From Lepidodermella squamata (Eukaryota > Animalia > Gastrotricha): a stretch of DNA of 64,000 nt. Within the stretch, counting starts at the first letter, position 1; each line of letters begins with the position of its first letter. Location of the stretch: the NCBI GenBank assembly GCA_047495785.1, contig JBLDXI010000033.1, positions 2,170,001-2,234,000 on the forward strand, written 5' to 3'. Under the pieces are notes generated by a model. That model saw nothing but the letters and a program-made list of their open reading frames with translations. It had not been told where the DNA came from and ran no database searches. A program made the position numbers and the translations under genes. Below, piece after piece: positions 12,328 through 24,914 of this stretch.

Positions 12328-13577
12328 AAAATTGAGAAAATTTAAAAAAACTACTCGATTTTTTCATTAATAATGTTCGCGATAAATAAAACATGGCGAA
12401 TTAAGGACTCATCGCGGACTTTTGTGTCAAATACTGATATTATGTCTATGGTCAAATATTGTGGCCAGTTTTTCGCTAAAATCAAATTTGGATCTCAAGG
12501 AACTAGCCAGAACGTTGCATAACGCGAGGTACCGAAATAAAAAATTTGATAAGTGCGCTCGTTGTTCGGTTCAAAAAACCCCGAAATTGTAAATCTTTAA
12601 TTTTTGGTAGTGGTGAATTGTTTTTGTTACCGGTTCTCACACTGAATCAGAAGCGAGAGGAAATTCACGCATCGAAAAAGAGGGTATCAAAAGAGAGAAA
12701 TCGAAAAATTTAAACGAAATGCGGCTGTTCTACGTTCTACAGCAAAATTTGCCAAATTCAACATCATTAACGCAGCAGTTCATGAGCGCACATTATTTGA
12801 ACCCTCAGAAATTCGCGATGCGTATGATATGTTTTAGAGCGGTATGGGGTATAAAATTACCTAGACGCCGTCAAGAACACCGGCTACGGCGTGATTGTCT
12901 ACTGGGAACATGAGGTTAAACAGCTGGAAAGGTGATCCGGCTTTTCCAGCTTTCGCCGTAAATTGGCGAAGTAATCGCGACGACTCAGTGACTCCGCCCT
13001 GTAGGTAATGAAAAAAACATTATAAACTGTTATTGAAATATTATGTAAAGGGAGGGTGGAAGTATTTGGGCATAATATGGGCGCCTGTATCATCAGGGTT
13101 ATGGTACAGCTGCGAGCAAAAGGAATATCGCAAAAAAAATTTGAATTACTCACCTAACGATGTGTGTTCATTCGATAAGATGAAGCAGCTGTTGACCCAT
13201 CACTTCATGAGGTGGAGATATTACCAGTTCCGCAAACTACCATGACCACCAGTAGCGCAGGTGTTAAGGTAGTTGAAGACTTGAAGTGTGTATGCATTAC
13301 GCTAAATAAGCCGCGCTTAACGCAAGCGACTTGTCGAAGTTGGAGCCCCGCTAGCTCTCTCTTTCTCTTTCTCTCCCATCTTTGTACATACCACTAGTAC
13401 GCAGCTCAGTGTCTAATCGTCGTCGTCTTCGTCATAAAAACATATCTAACTGAATATTATAAAGTCATAACCCCGAACGTTCACCCTTCCATCTCGGCGT
13501 GGCTGCGCTCAGCGCTCGTGCATGAATATTTGTCTAATTTGTGATTTTTATAATTGCGTATTTCTAATATCTAAAAT

Positions 13578-14185
13578 ATGGCGCAACTGACAATCACGCG
13601 GCCCGTCGTCAACCCCGCCCTGGTGCGACGCGACATTTGCAACAGTGCAGCGATAGCCTTCGTCCGCTGCGTCGAGCAAACGCTAAAGGGAATGGCGTCA
13701 GGTGTGAGGAGGATGGGGTAGTTACGGACTCGCAAACCCAACTACCCCATGACATTACTCCCAAGGATGCGGGAATCTATGCCGATAAGACCGCTCGGCA
13801 CGTCATTGCGGAGTACAACTGCCAATATAGCTTCATTTTGTCAAACCTCAACAACCTCTACGGCGAGTGCCAGCCTGAGTGGGCTAACCAGGGCGGTTGG
13901 GAGCCTGACGTCACCTTTTTTGGAGGAAGCCCGACTACCGATCACGTCAAGTGACTGACAACAACTTACGTTCGCAATGTGTTGGGCAACGCGAACCCTG
14001 CAGCCTTTCCTAGACCTCAGACGACTTTTCTGTCATACGAGAATCGTCAGGTTGGAGAGTCAAAGACTGACTATGGCATAGCTTCGGCGCTATTCGAGCG
14101 AAACATTAATAAGAGTAATAATAAGTTACTAGTTGGAAGTCTACTGAGTCACAACCACATAACTGCCATCCACGACGATATATAA
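13578..14185 (+). pseudogene. Decayed LTR-retrotransposon (Ty3/Gypsy-like) gag fragment
   Basis: ORFs 13637-13954 and 13979-14185 share a frame split by one TGA; RQVGESKTDY resembles the gag major-homology-type Q-x-x-x-E-S-x-x-D-Y motif; the upstream ATG at 13578 is out of frame. Confidence 0.45.
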
Positions 14186-15357
14186 CTACCCCAATGGTTT
14201 CCAAATACATTTCCCTAGATGCGCCAAAGTATTCTCTTTAACTAGCTAATTGAGTGGTTTCAGAGTGGTTTTAAAAAAAGTTGTGGGTTTCTGCGAATTG
14301 TGCTAATATGTTCCCTAGCAGAAACTGGTCAATATATCTCGTTCCCAAGCAAACATCGCTTTATAACGCTTTATAAGTGAATTGGTAGCACCACTGGGCA
14401 CTCTCTAAAAAGGTGAAAATAGCCTAAAAATGACCGAAAACCCTATGTCCCATAGCCTATGAAATCCTATCCAAGTGATGGAATGGCTGGTCAGAGGGAG
14501 GCAGATCGAAGGCCTCGCGTGCCTTGAGAATTTTCTCAAGTAGCGTGCACCATTGCGCATGCGTGCTGTTGCGAAATGCGCCACTTTCAGCGGTTCCTCA
14601 AAGCGCGCACACACGCAGACTCGAACTCACGACAATACACACAAACCAATAATTAACATACCTCATTAATTAACGCTTTTTGCTTTTTGATCTTTGAGTG
14701 GGTGATTCAAAATCCATAATTGTCTTTCTTAAGGTACCGTGGTGGTGTGGGGTAAATTGGCTAGGAACCTCTTATGTCTCTGGTAACTATTTCGCTTTAA
14801 ATTGTATACCAAAAAATCACGTTCAATTCTCAATCGATTGGTCGTAACCCGGCCGACAACCGATAAAATCAATCGATTCTGTGGAGTTTGAAGGGATATT
14901 GACCAAGTGAGGTAACTTGGCCGAATGGCTATTTCACTTGGCTATGAGCCATCTAGCAGAAACTAGGACGATGATTCATCACGCCTTCTCTAGTCGCGAC
15001 TTGCGCGCCATAATAGTGTGCCGGAAATAGAAACAAGTGGCGTAATGCATTTGATGCGCAGAAAAAACACTAATGTTCAGCTTTTTTCTAGCGATAAGGC
15101 ACGCGACGACTGACTTGGCGAAGATGCAAGAAGCATGCCAGAAATAGATACAAATGTACAGGACCTTTCTTGTCACTTGACAAGCGATTTTCGAATTTGT
15201 TTAAAAGTGAGTGCTCCCGTGCAAGTCTCAAAACTCACACGCGTTTGTTCATCACGTTTCATCTGACAATATGAAATGACTGGCACAATGATTGTTCAAG
15301 GAAGCATGCGGACTGTTTTTCGAACCACGCCCGCACGCGATTCGCGTCTAAAACGCC

Positions 15358-15364
15358 TATAAGA
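15358..15364 (+). promoter_or_regulatory. TATA-like box of the small HSP gene
   Basis: TATAAGA about 110 nt upstream of ATG 15471, preceded by CG-rich sequence. Confidence 0.5.
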
Positions 15365-15470
15365 AGAGGGCGTGGCTTCATCGGAATATTCATCACTTGC
15401 TCATTCGCAATTTGCATCTAGCAATCTAAAGTATTTTCAGTTTTTCGCATTCTTCAAATCTTCAAATAAA

Positions 15471-16865
15471 ATGGCCTGCTCATACACCTCGATGCCCTCG
15501 ACCTTCGGCGCCGCCGCCGGCTACACCAGCCCGATCAACGTTGAGAACATGCTCCGCAACAAGGTCGACCTCTACTCGGCCCTGCCAGTCGAGCGCAGCC
15601 TCATAAATGCCAGCCCGATCGTCGGCAACACCTTCGCCTCGGCCGCTCCCTTCGGCGGTGCCTTCGAGACCGAACAGGCCCTCCGCTTCGGTGGTGCTGG
15701 CTCCGTCGTCGAGTTCGGTGCCCACACCGGCCGCGTCTTCGGTGCCGACTGCGGTGCCCAACTCGCCTCGATCGTCGCCGCCCGCCTCAACACCTTCCTC
15801 GGCCAGGAGGTGGCCGTCCGCATCGGCGCCCAGTGGGGAGCTGAGGTGTGCGCCAAGCTGGGTGCCGAGCTCGCCGTCAAGCTCGCCAACGGCTGGCCCG
15901 TCGAGCAGTGCGCCCGCTGGTGCTACACCTTCGGTGCCGAGCACGGCGCTGAACTGGGTGCCGTCATCGCCCAGCGCCTGGGTGCCATCTACACCGCCGA
16001 GCACGCCGCCCGCGTCTCGTCGATGCTCTTCGCCGAGCTGAGCCAGCAGCTGTGCTACGTCATCGCCGCCCGCCTCGGCGAGTCCCGCTTCGGCCGTTTC
16101 AACAACTGGACCGGCTCGTACCCGACCACCTACGGCTCGTACGCTGGCAGCTACGGCTACCCGACCTCCTTCGAGCGCTTCGGTGGCCTGTTCGGCGGTC
16201 GCCCTGAGCTCTTCAACACCACCAACACCTTCGGCTCATACCCGACCACCTTCGGCTCCTTCGGTGCCAACACCTGGGCCAACACCATGTCTGGCGACAA
16301 CAAGCTGTACAACATCGCCTTCCGCCCATCCTCGGAGCTCGAGATGTACACCCTGACCAACCCGATCCGCATGATCGACGTCGAGGGCAACCGCCAGCTG
16401 TACCTCGCCTTCGAGCTCAAGGGCTTCAAGCCTGAGGAAGTCACCGTCACCCTGAACAAGGCCGAGCGCGCCGTCGTCGTCGAAGCCGCCCACGACATCA
16501 AGGAGGGCAAGGAGCACCAGATCTCCCGCAAGTACTCGCGCAAGTTCGTCCTGCCCGAGGTGAGTAAATCATTGAACCTTCAGTCATCACCTATTTAAAT
16601 GTTAATTTCATTTTTCTAGACCCTTGCCAAGATCGACCTGACCAAGGTTGAGCTCAAGTCGTGCCTGACCCAGGAGGGCTACCTCGTCGTCGAGTGCCAG
16701 CTGCCGAAGATGACCACCGAGGAGATCGCCAAGTCGCCGATCATGTCCGAGCTGTACAACAAGATGCCCTTCGGCGGCTACAACGCCGTCCACAACTTCG
16801 GTGGCATGCCCTCGATCAGCAGCCACTACAACAACGTCAAGCCCGTCACCGTCAAGACTGCCTAA
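15471..16865 (+). CDS. Large small heat-shock protein (HSP20/alpha-crystallin), 444 aa; exons 15471-16559 and 16620-16865
   Basis: FELKGFKPEEVTVTL...VVVEAAH...ISRKYSRKFVLPE|...LKSCLTQEGYLVVE is an alpha-crystallin domain; extreme C-ending codon bias; AATAAA near 17018. Confidence 0.9.
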
Positions 16866-17522
16866 ACGCGAGAAAACTGAACGAAAATCGAAGCCAGCCA
16901 TGCAGGATAAGACATGACGAGGACGATTTTGTGATTAGTCTCAAATATATTTGATGATTATGCATGCAATTATCTGCCTATTTGTGGCTTGATCACTCTA
17001 TAAATCGCTTGCTTACGAATAAATTTAATGCTTCATGTTTGGTTAAAAATCTCGAAGTCAAACGCCGGAAAACGCTACAGAGCATCTAATAACAATATGA
17101 ACGCGCCAATCGACGAGGCTGAAATTTTGAAGGTCATTGAAGGCAGTAAAAACGTTGGCAAGCCTGGGGTAAAGACGCAATGTGTCGCCAAATTGGCGCT
17201 CCACTGAACAAAGACTGTTAGGTTTGAACCCTCCAGCATTTCCTTAATTTTGCAGCAGAATTTAGAGCAGAATTTTGTGAAAACCAGTTAGTTAGTCTTT
17301 AAAAATTACCTGGATATTTCTAGGCTTGATTACACATATTGGTGGCACATTTCGATATTATATTATTAATCGCTTGCTTGGGAGAGCAGCTTAAACAAAT
17401 TTCCATAACTTGTTCACAAATGGCGCGCGATTCTCGAGTCTTCGAGAGTCCAACTAGGTGTAGTTTCAGCGTCAGTATTTGTGCTTCCGAATTTTCTCAT
17501 ACTCTCTTTTTCAGGTTTGATA

Positions 17523-19323
17523 ATGGCCGCGCGGGGAGCTAAACGAATGAAGACTTCGCACGTCGCTGCTGAAGTGGAGAACATTGCACCGGTCGGTGGT
17601 AGTGAAGGAAAAGCTAAGCGAGGCAAGAAGGTCAAAGTGCCTATGCTGGACATGCCGCCAAGTAGCACTCGCATATCGGCTCTTCCTATCGAAGCAATGG
17701 CTCGCGTTCTATCCTTTCTACCGATAACCGAAACATTTCAAAGCGCTTCTTTCGTATGCAAAAGGTCTGAGATTTATGATCAAAATCGACGTTATATTTT
17801 TTTTTGAATTATCAGTTGGCATCAAGCTGCAATGTCAGACATATATTGGAGCCTAATGATCCGCCGCGAATTCGGATCTGAGGCTGCTCGCAAAATGGCT
17901 GCTATCAACGGCGCAGTTGGGCGATTCCGCTTCCTGGTGACTAAGCCTAATTCCCCGTTTAGGCCAGAATATTTCAGTGAGGGTATCACGCCGACAACTG
18001 CCGATAAGTCAATCAAGTGGCAATGGACCGGCATTAGCAACGTTACCTCTTACACGGTTTTCAAAAAGAAAGCAATCATGGCCGGCAAACCGAATTCTCA
18101 ATGCGGCGTTGTTCATGCTACTAGCAGTGATTTCGAAACGTACAACTGGTGGCTGCTAAACTTCCAAGCTCTCTGCGAACCTTGTGCAAAAGAGGTATTA
18201 CTTTCCCCTAATTTTTTATTATTCCAGTTATTATGGAAATAATGTTGAAGGTTCTGGAAATTCTCAAGATGCCTATCATTTACGCTGCTCCGAAAGATGT
18301 GCTCGTATTCAAAAAAGCTGACATTCAGCTGTTGGATGCTGGAATGACTGTACTTCGAAAGGAAACCAAGGTCAAGGAGACAAGCTTGTGCTATTCTGCC
18401 GAATTCCCAATATTGGATAATTATCCGTCGAATTTTCGCTATTTGGCTACTCGAGACGATGCTCGATCGATCAGATTTCGACTAATCTTCCCGAGTTTTG
18501 CGAAAAAATTGCCCGATCGCCTTAAAAATGTGAGTTGATGGAAAATTGATCGTTGATTTGAAATGTTTAACATATTTTTTTTCAGCTGAAGGCTCTACAT
18601 CTGGCGATGCAAAAAGACGACATTGCTAAGGCTGCTAAGATCCTAGCTAAAGGTAACGTGGACATCAATGGCCATGACGCGAAAGGCAAATCAGTGCTGT
18701 ACAAGAGCGCTAAATCGTACGGCCTTGATAGCAAAATGGCCGATAACTGCCGCTTTCTCTTGAAGAACGGCGCCAGCACGGAGACAGCGAGTTACAAAGG
18801 CTTCACGCCCCTAATGAAAGCTGTGAAACGACACCATGTCGAGACGGTGCGAGTCCTGATCCAACATGGAGCTGATGTCAACGCTAAGGATAAGCGTTGG
18901 GGCGATCACTCACCACTGGAACATTGCTTTGACTGGTATGATTTTGATCGAAACATTGCAGAGATTCTCTTGGACAACGGCGCTGATCCCAACATTGTTA
19001 ATGGTACAAAAACTCCCCTCATTCAACTAATGGGTCCTGCGGGCAATCGACAAGATGAGAAGCACCACCAGTCTGTTTACGAAAACGCGAAATTCCTAAT
19101 TGAACGTGGCGCCGATGTCAACTATCGCGACAAAGATAACTTGAATGCCCTGAGCTGGGCCATTCGTTTTCATGGTTCAAATACATCTCTGCTTGAGTTG
19201 CTGCTGGAAAAGGGGGCAGATATCATTGATCCCAGTGAACAGAAGTCGGACTACATCAAAGCAGCGGATATTGCCCGAATTTCATCGCTTCGAGATCAAC
19301 TGAAAGCTTGTGGTAGAATTTAA
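17523..19323 (+). CDS. F-box plus ankyrin-repeat protein; exons 17523-17764, 17816-18194, 18251-18529, 18586-19323
   Basis: ISALPIEAMARVLSFLP...SFVCKSWHQAAMSDIYW is an F-box; C-terminal GFTPLMKAV, HGADVNAKD, NGADPN, RGADVN are ankyrin repeats; N-terminal basic NLS-like stretch. Confidence 0.85.
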
Positions 19324-19595
19324 AAAAATCTCCCCATGTTTTATAGCCTGACTTTGCTGTTTTGTTTTCATACAACTGTGCTGCGCTTTTATATTAATAT
19401 TTCTCAATTCTATGTGTTCATCATTATGACGCTTCTCGTTTTTCAACGAATAAAGTGATCGTGCTTTTGCGGAAACGAGCATATTTTTCGAATTTCAGGA
19501 ATTTTTTCACCTGCGCATGATAATCATTGTTTCTCAAAAAATTACATAAAAATTAAATACGCCGATTCATCTATCCTTCCAAATTATAATAGGTA

Positions 19596-19748
19596 CCGTA
19601 GTTGTTCCAATAGTAGCCCATTCCCTAATAGTAAGTATAGCCCAGGGTTGAGGGGTCAAGTCGGTTCGAAAACATCAAAAATGAACGACTCACCAACTAG
19701 TACTTTTTGAAATTTTAGCAGCCCGGGCTGCTATAGGAACTAATACGG
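19596..19748. mobile_element. TA-flanked MITE, Tc1/mariner-pogo type
   Basis: Left CCGTAGTTGTTCCAATAGTAGCCC and right GGGCTGCTATAGGAACTAATACGG are imperfect TIRs; TA on both sides (19594-95, 19749-50). Confidence 0.75.
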
Positions 19749-20010
19749 TATTACCCCAACTCACAAGCTTTTAAATGACTGGTGTTAATGTTAAGGCGGC
19801 TTCCTTAAAGCCTCGCGCGTTTCAACGCGCAAATTGTTTATTCACCCTCCCTTTTTATTGAGCAAACGGCAACGTACTCGGTCTTACAGCTGCCTTCGAG
19901 GCAGCAAACAAACAAATTACTTGTTGCACCACCCCACTTTTGATAGACTCGGAACAAGCACCAGAACCGAGGCACTCATTCTAGACAACAAAACTATTCT
20001 ATAAGAGGGT

Positions 20011-21252
20011 ATGTTAAGATCATTTTCCTGGCGCGCGATTCTATTCGCTAGCATTATCGCTTACTCGGCTGCTGATAAGTTCGGAAAAATCAGCGAAATC
20101 GAGTCAGCCTTTTTCCAGAACTGCCCGGAGGTTTCATCGAAAAATTTAGCGGTCGAAACGAGATTCAGACTCGGCCCGGAGAATGAAATCACCGCCACGT
20201 TGAACTTTCAGCAATTTAGACTGATAGAAATCGACGAGGAATCCCCTCGACAGTCGATTTTTATCGCGTTTGATGTCACGTGGTCACTGCCGTGCAACAT
20301 CATGGAATTCAAGCGATTTTGCTACCAGAATGGAATCATTGTGCCAACAAAGACCAAGCTGAAGCCTGAAATAGCCGATTTTTCTTTCGTCCGATCACCG
20401 AGCGAGATTTGGTACCCGACTTTTACGGTGGCTAGCGCTTTTGAAGACCCAACTTCGGTCAACACGTAAGATATTAAGCGACCGATTATAATAGTGAATT
20501 ATTCATTTTATTGCAGGCGAATCACTGAAATTACCATTTGGCCGTTTCAAAATAAAGCCGTCTGGTCGTTTGCGGGAAGAGTCGATATTTTCTGCTCGAT
20601 ACTCAAGCTTCAACACGAAACTAAAGGGTGCTCAATCAGAATCATTCCAGACAGCAATTTTTCTCTCGTAAAATTTGGCTATTCGGCTATAGAGCTGTCG
20701 AAAGAAACAACATTCGTTCACCCTGACGGAAGCGCCGAGTTCGAAATGGCTGCCTCGCCTCCGTTTGCAGTCAAGCATCTACAGTCAGATCAAATTGCAG
20801 AAATTGTTGTTCCAATCGTTTTGAAACGAACAGCAATTATTTATTTTTCCTTCGACTTTATCATCCCTAGTTTCGCAATATTTTTTCTTCAACTTTCGTC
20901 TTTTATCATAAAGCCGCATACCTTACTCAGACCGTTGGCTAACATGGGTGCATTACTGTCGCAAAGTTTGATGCTGGGCCTGGCAAGTAATCGAAATCAA
21001 TCGCCTGATCTGAACCAATCGAGCCAAGTTCATTTCGTGACTGCGAAGTTGGTTCTTGGCGTGCTGGCGACAATCTACTCATTCGTAACAAGTGACGTAG
21101 CAAAAGACCATTGTAGTGAACAAGTAGCTCCGTTCGTGCTATCTTTCATCAAAATTAGTCGCATTCGACTTGCAGATCTTGGTGTTTTCGCCTTGCTTTG
21201 CCTTGTCTCAATTTTGTCGGATACATTTTTTATAATTATTTGGTTTTTCTGA
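20011..21252 (+). CDS. Divergent pentameric ligand-gated ion channel (Cys-loop) subunit 1; intron 20466-20516
   Basis: Signal peptide, LIEIDEE, loop A IWYP, degenerate Cys-loop CSILKLQHETKGC, four hydrophobic helices; clearly paralogous to the next two genes. Confidence 0.8.
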
Positions 21253-21576
21253 TAAAAAAAAATGCTTCAAACACCTTGATTCGGATGCCCGGTTGGCGTT
21301 TGAAGTAGCGCGAGTCCATGTCACCTATAATAATGACAAAGCTAATTGCCCGTGGCGTATCGCACTTATCGACTCGTTTGTAGTCACCTCGCTTGTTTAC
21401 CTTAACGCGATTCCGGCAAACGGGTAAACAGGCTTAACGCCGGCTACTGATGGTCTTCACACCCCTAAACGTCATCTATTGCATGCATGGATGAGCGTCA
21501 TAACGCTTTAGTCACCCGACAGCTAATAATTACCATGCCGTAGAACGCAGAAGAAGTTTAATTTCCGATAATAAAA

Positions 21577-22889
21577 ATGAGGAGTTTCTTACCGCGACTT
21601 TTGGCCATCTTGGCGTTTAGTGATTACTCATCAGCAATAGTTATTCGAAAGCCGGAGCAAGTCGCCGAAATTTTCTACGCACTCTGCCCTTTAACAGCAT
21701 CGCTCAACTTGGGCGTTGAACGGGTTTACGAGTCGAATTTCAAAAGGCCTATTCAAGTGCATGTCAGTATGATTCCACGGCGATTCTTGGTCGAGGAACG
21801 CGATATGACAGTAACATCGACACGCTTCAATGTCGAATTGTCCCTCGAATGGTCGCTGCCATGCGATGACATCTCAGAGCTGTGCAATCAGCTGATTATA
21901 TTAGACGACGATAACAAAACGGTAACCTGTCACAAGGAGAAAGGAGCGGAGGGCTATGTTATAGACGACGATTTCGTGGGGTTTAGCTTCCCTCGACCAA
22001 AGCGCACAGTTTGGCACCCCAAATTCGACCTGTTACGAACGTCTTCTTCAGAATCGTCCGATTTTGACGTGTAAGCCTTGTTTTCTTCAATTTTTTTTAA
22101 GGAAGATGTACGAAGAAATGTTCTCTTTTCAGTTTCATGGCTGAGCACATACGCATATTCCCTTTTGCGGGGAGGGCTCAGTGGTTGGGCCGAGGACCCA
22201 TCGAAAGCACCTGCGTGCCTTCAAGGCCTTACAGCTTCCCGTTCGACAGACTGAACTGCACAATCATTATGGAACCGTCATACGAAGACGCTCAATCGCT
22301 TCGCTACGCAATTGACACATTTTACGTACCAGAAGGCTTGAGCGAATTCTCGATCGGCAAGCTCGATTGGCAGCTCATTCCTTCTTCGCTGTTCTCTGCA
22401 ATAACTCAGGATAGAGTTCTTGTTTTCCGATTTGCATTTTCACGCCGCAATAGCCCCATGTTTTTCCGGCAGATTTTCATCCCAGTCTCGTGGATTATTT
22501 TCGCAATTCAACTGTTTAGCATTGTCCTGCCGCCTAAAACAATGATGCGGCCGTTGTTTAGCTTAGCAACATGCCTCACCCTCGGCGCTTTCATCGGCTA
22601 CTACGCCCACGCAGGTGTGCCGACAAACTCGCTCAACGGCTCATCGCCGGAGCCGTTCTACCTAGGCCATTTGATGATTGCTAAGCTTGTTTGCTCGCTT
22701 GTGGTAACCCTGCATACCTTGATATCTTGCAGTCTGGCTGAAACGCCGGAAGTTTCGCGAAATGTCGGTACTTGCGCGAAGTTGAGTGTATTAAGAGCAA
22801 TTGATTTATTGGTTGTCATTTTTATAACGTTAATGCAAGCAACATGTGACGCAATTTACGTGGATCTGATCAGTCAAACATGGGATTAG
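21577..22889 (+). CDS. Divergent pLGIC subunit 2; intron 22071-22132
   Basis: Signal peptide, VWHP, Cys-loop CVPSRPYSFPFDRLNC, pre-M1 FSRR, M1 proline (IFIP), four TM helices. Confidence 0.88.
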
Positions 22890-22972
22890 AGTATATTTAC
22901 CCTGACGAATAAAATTAATGGACGTTTTTTATCCCGTATTTTGTTTTAAACTTATTTTCAGCCTTTTGATCT

Positions 22973-24321
22973 ATGCCTGAATTGATAGTCGCAATCATAT
23001 TTTCATTTTTCGCAAAAGGTGCGATCAGCGATTCTATCGTACAAATCGAGCAGGCTGAAAATCTTGACGATTCATTTTTGTATTTTTGCCCCCAAACAAA
23101 GTGGGCGAATTTACCAACAGAATGGGCCTACCAAAACAAGTTCAGGAACCTAATTACCGTAGAAGTAGCCGTTACTTTGCACCGCTTTGCTGAAATCGAT
23201 GATCTGGAGCAAACTTTATCGCTGTTCCTCGAGGTCAGAGCACAATGGAGCCTACCTTGCAACGCCACTGATTTCTGTGGAAATCTAAGTATTATCCATT
23301 TTGACGATGATGGTGATGATGAGATGGGCAATGATAGCGAAGAAGAGCAGGAAAAGACAACCACTCTGACACCTTTACCAACGAAAGTTATCGATACATC
23401 GCAATGCCCGAATGCTGAAGAATTTCAAGAGTTCACCTTCTATATTGGCATAAGGGATCGCGTGTGGTATCCAACTATAATGCACCAGAATGCGCTAAAA
23501 AAGCCCTGGAAAATAATAACGTAAGACCTTGATACTTGAACTTGATAGATACAGATGACTCTTCTAAAAAATACAGCGGATTTGGTGAAGACTTGACGGT
23601 ATATCCTTTTCAAAGCAGAATGAAATGGAATTTTCGAGGTCGCTTGGACTCATCATGCACCGATTTCGCATTCAGCAAGTTTCCATTCGATACTTTGAAC
23701 TGTTCTATCATCCTCGAATCTGAGGAGCCTGCGAAGGTTATTCGTTACAAAATCAAGCAATTCATCATTCACCCAGCCGCTGTGGATGATTTCATCAGCG
23801 AAACGGAAATATGGCGGCATCACCCTGAAAAAATGTCAGCGGGCGTTGAGATTACGAAACCTTCTGAAGGACTTTCTCATCACCGCCTGGTTTTTTCCAT
23901 GTTTTACAGCCGCAAGTATCAGTACTTTTTATGCAATGTTTTCATACCAACTTATGCGCTTTACTTTCTGCAATTAACCGCCCTGATTATGCCGCCTCGC
24001 ATGCCCGACAGGCCGTCGTTTTCAGTCACCGTAGTGCTAGCGGCAAGTGTCACTTTAGGCATGGTGTTTCAGGAAATTCCGAAAACGTCTGAAACTGTTT
24101 ACGTGGTGTGGCTTATCGCCTCGAAGCTGCTTTGCGGCGTGGGGATAACCGCCTACAGTCTGGTGGCGTGTGCGATATCCCGGGAGCCGCGCTTCTCACA
24201 GCCGATAAAAAGTCTGAACGGCATGACAACCATCCGAGCTATCGACTGTGCATTTGGCTTTGTTGTCTTAGTTGGTACCGTCAGTCTGGACGTGGGTTTC
24301 TTTTTATTAATGATAAGATGA
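22973..24321 (+). CDS. Divergent pLGIC subunit 3; intron 23521-23576
   Basis: FAEIDDLEQTL, VWYPTIMHQN, Cys-loop CTDFAFSKFPFDTLNC, YSRKYQYFLCNVFIP, IPKTS in the M2-M3 loop, RAID before M4. Confidence 0.92.
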
Positions 24322-24914
24322 ACTGATAGCTAAAAAGCCGTGAACTCGACAAGTAACAACACTTTATTGGTCGAATGTTTGTCCGCATCGTTTTATACAA
24401 GATAGTTGAGGATGTTAAATAAAAGCGAGAGAGAATAACCGAGAATAAGACAAGAGAAACTGTATGTTTTCGCCGTTAAAAGCGGCAGAGAATGATGGCT
24501 TCACAAAAAAACCTAGCGAATCAACTCATTTTTTCCTGCAATTTTTCGTCGCGGCGAGACACGTATTGCTTATAGCATACTGAATGACATCATAAACACA
24601 TTACACCAGAAAAGTCTCTTTGAGAGAGAGCGTCACATCATTGCGCAAAACACCTAGTAATAGATATATATAACGACAGACACAGCGCCCGAAATTTTAA
24701 AAGCTGGGCAAGTTTCAACAACAATGATTTTGTTTCAGCGGTCGGTTATTTCCCTGAAAATGAAGATGAGCAGACCATAGTATTATCATCGGTTGGCATG
24801 TTGCTCTATTGTCGGCATGCATTTTGTACGGTAATGCTGGTAAAAACTGAAAAATAAATGTTATTGAAAAAATGTTTAAGGTAGAATTTTCGAACTCACA
24901 TTTTCTAACAGGCT

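Noticed and set aside
14611-14640. tRNA T-arm/B-box-like GTCGTGAGTTCGAGTC on the minus strand (similar hit near 17219-17238)
   Set aside because: No A box, D arm, anticodon arm or acceptor stem.
15180-15400. Heat-shock elements upstream of the sHSP
   Set aside because: Only imperfect or isolated nGAAn units; no run of three alternating pentamers.
15480-16517. Long antisense and alternative-frame ORFs over the sHSP (also over Brahma, P2 and P3)
   Set aside because: Expected shadow of strong C/G-ending codon bias and low-complexity coding.
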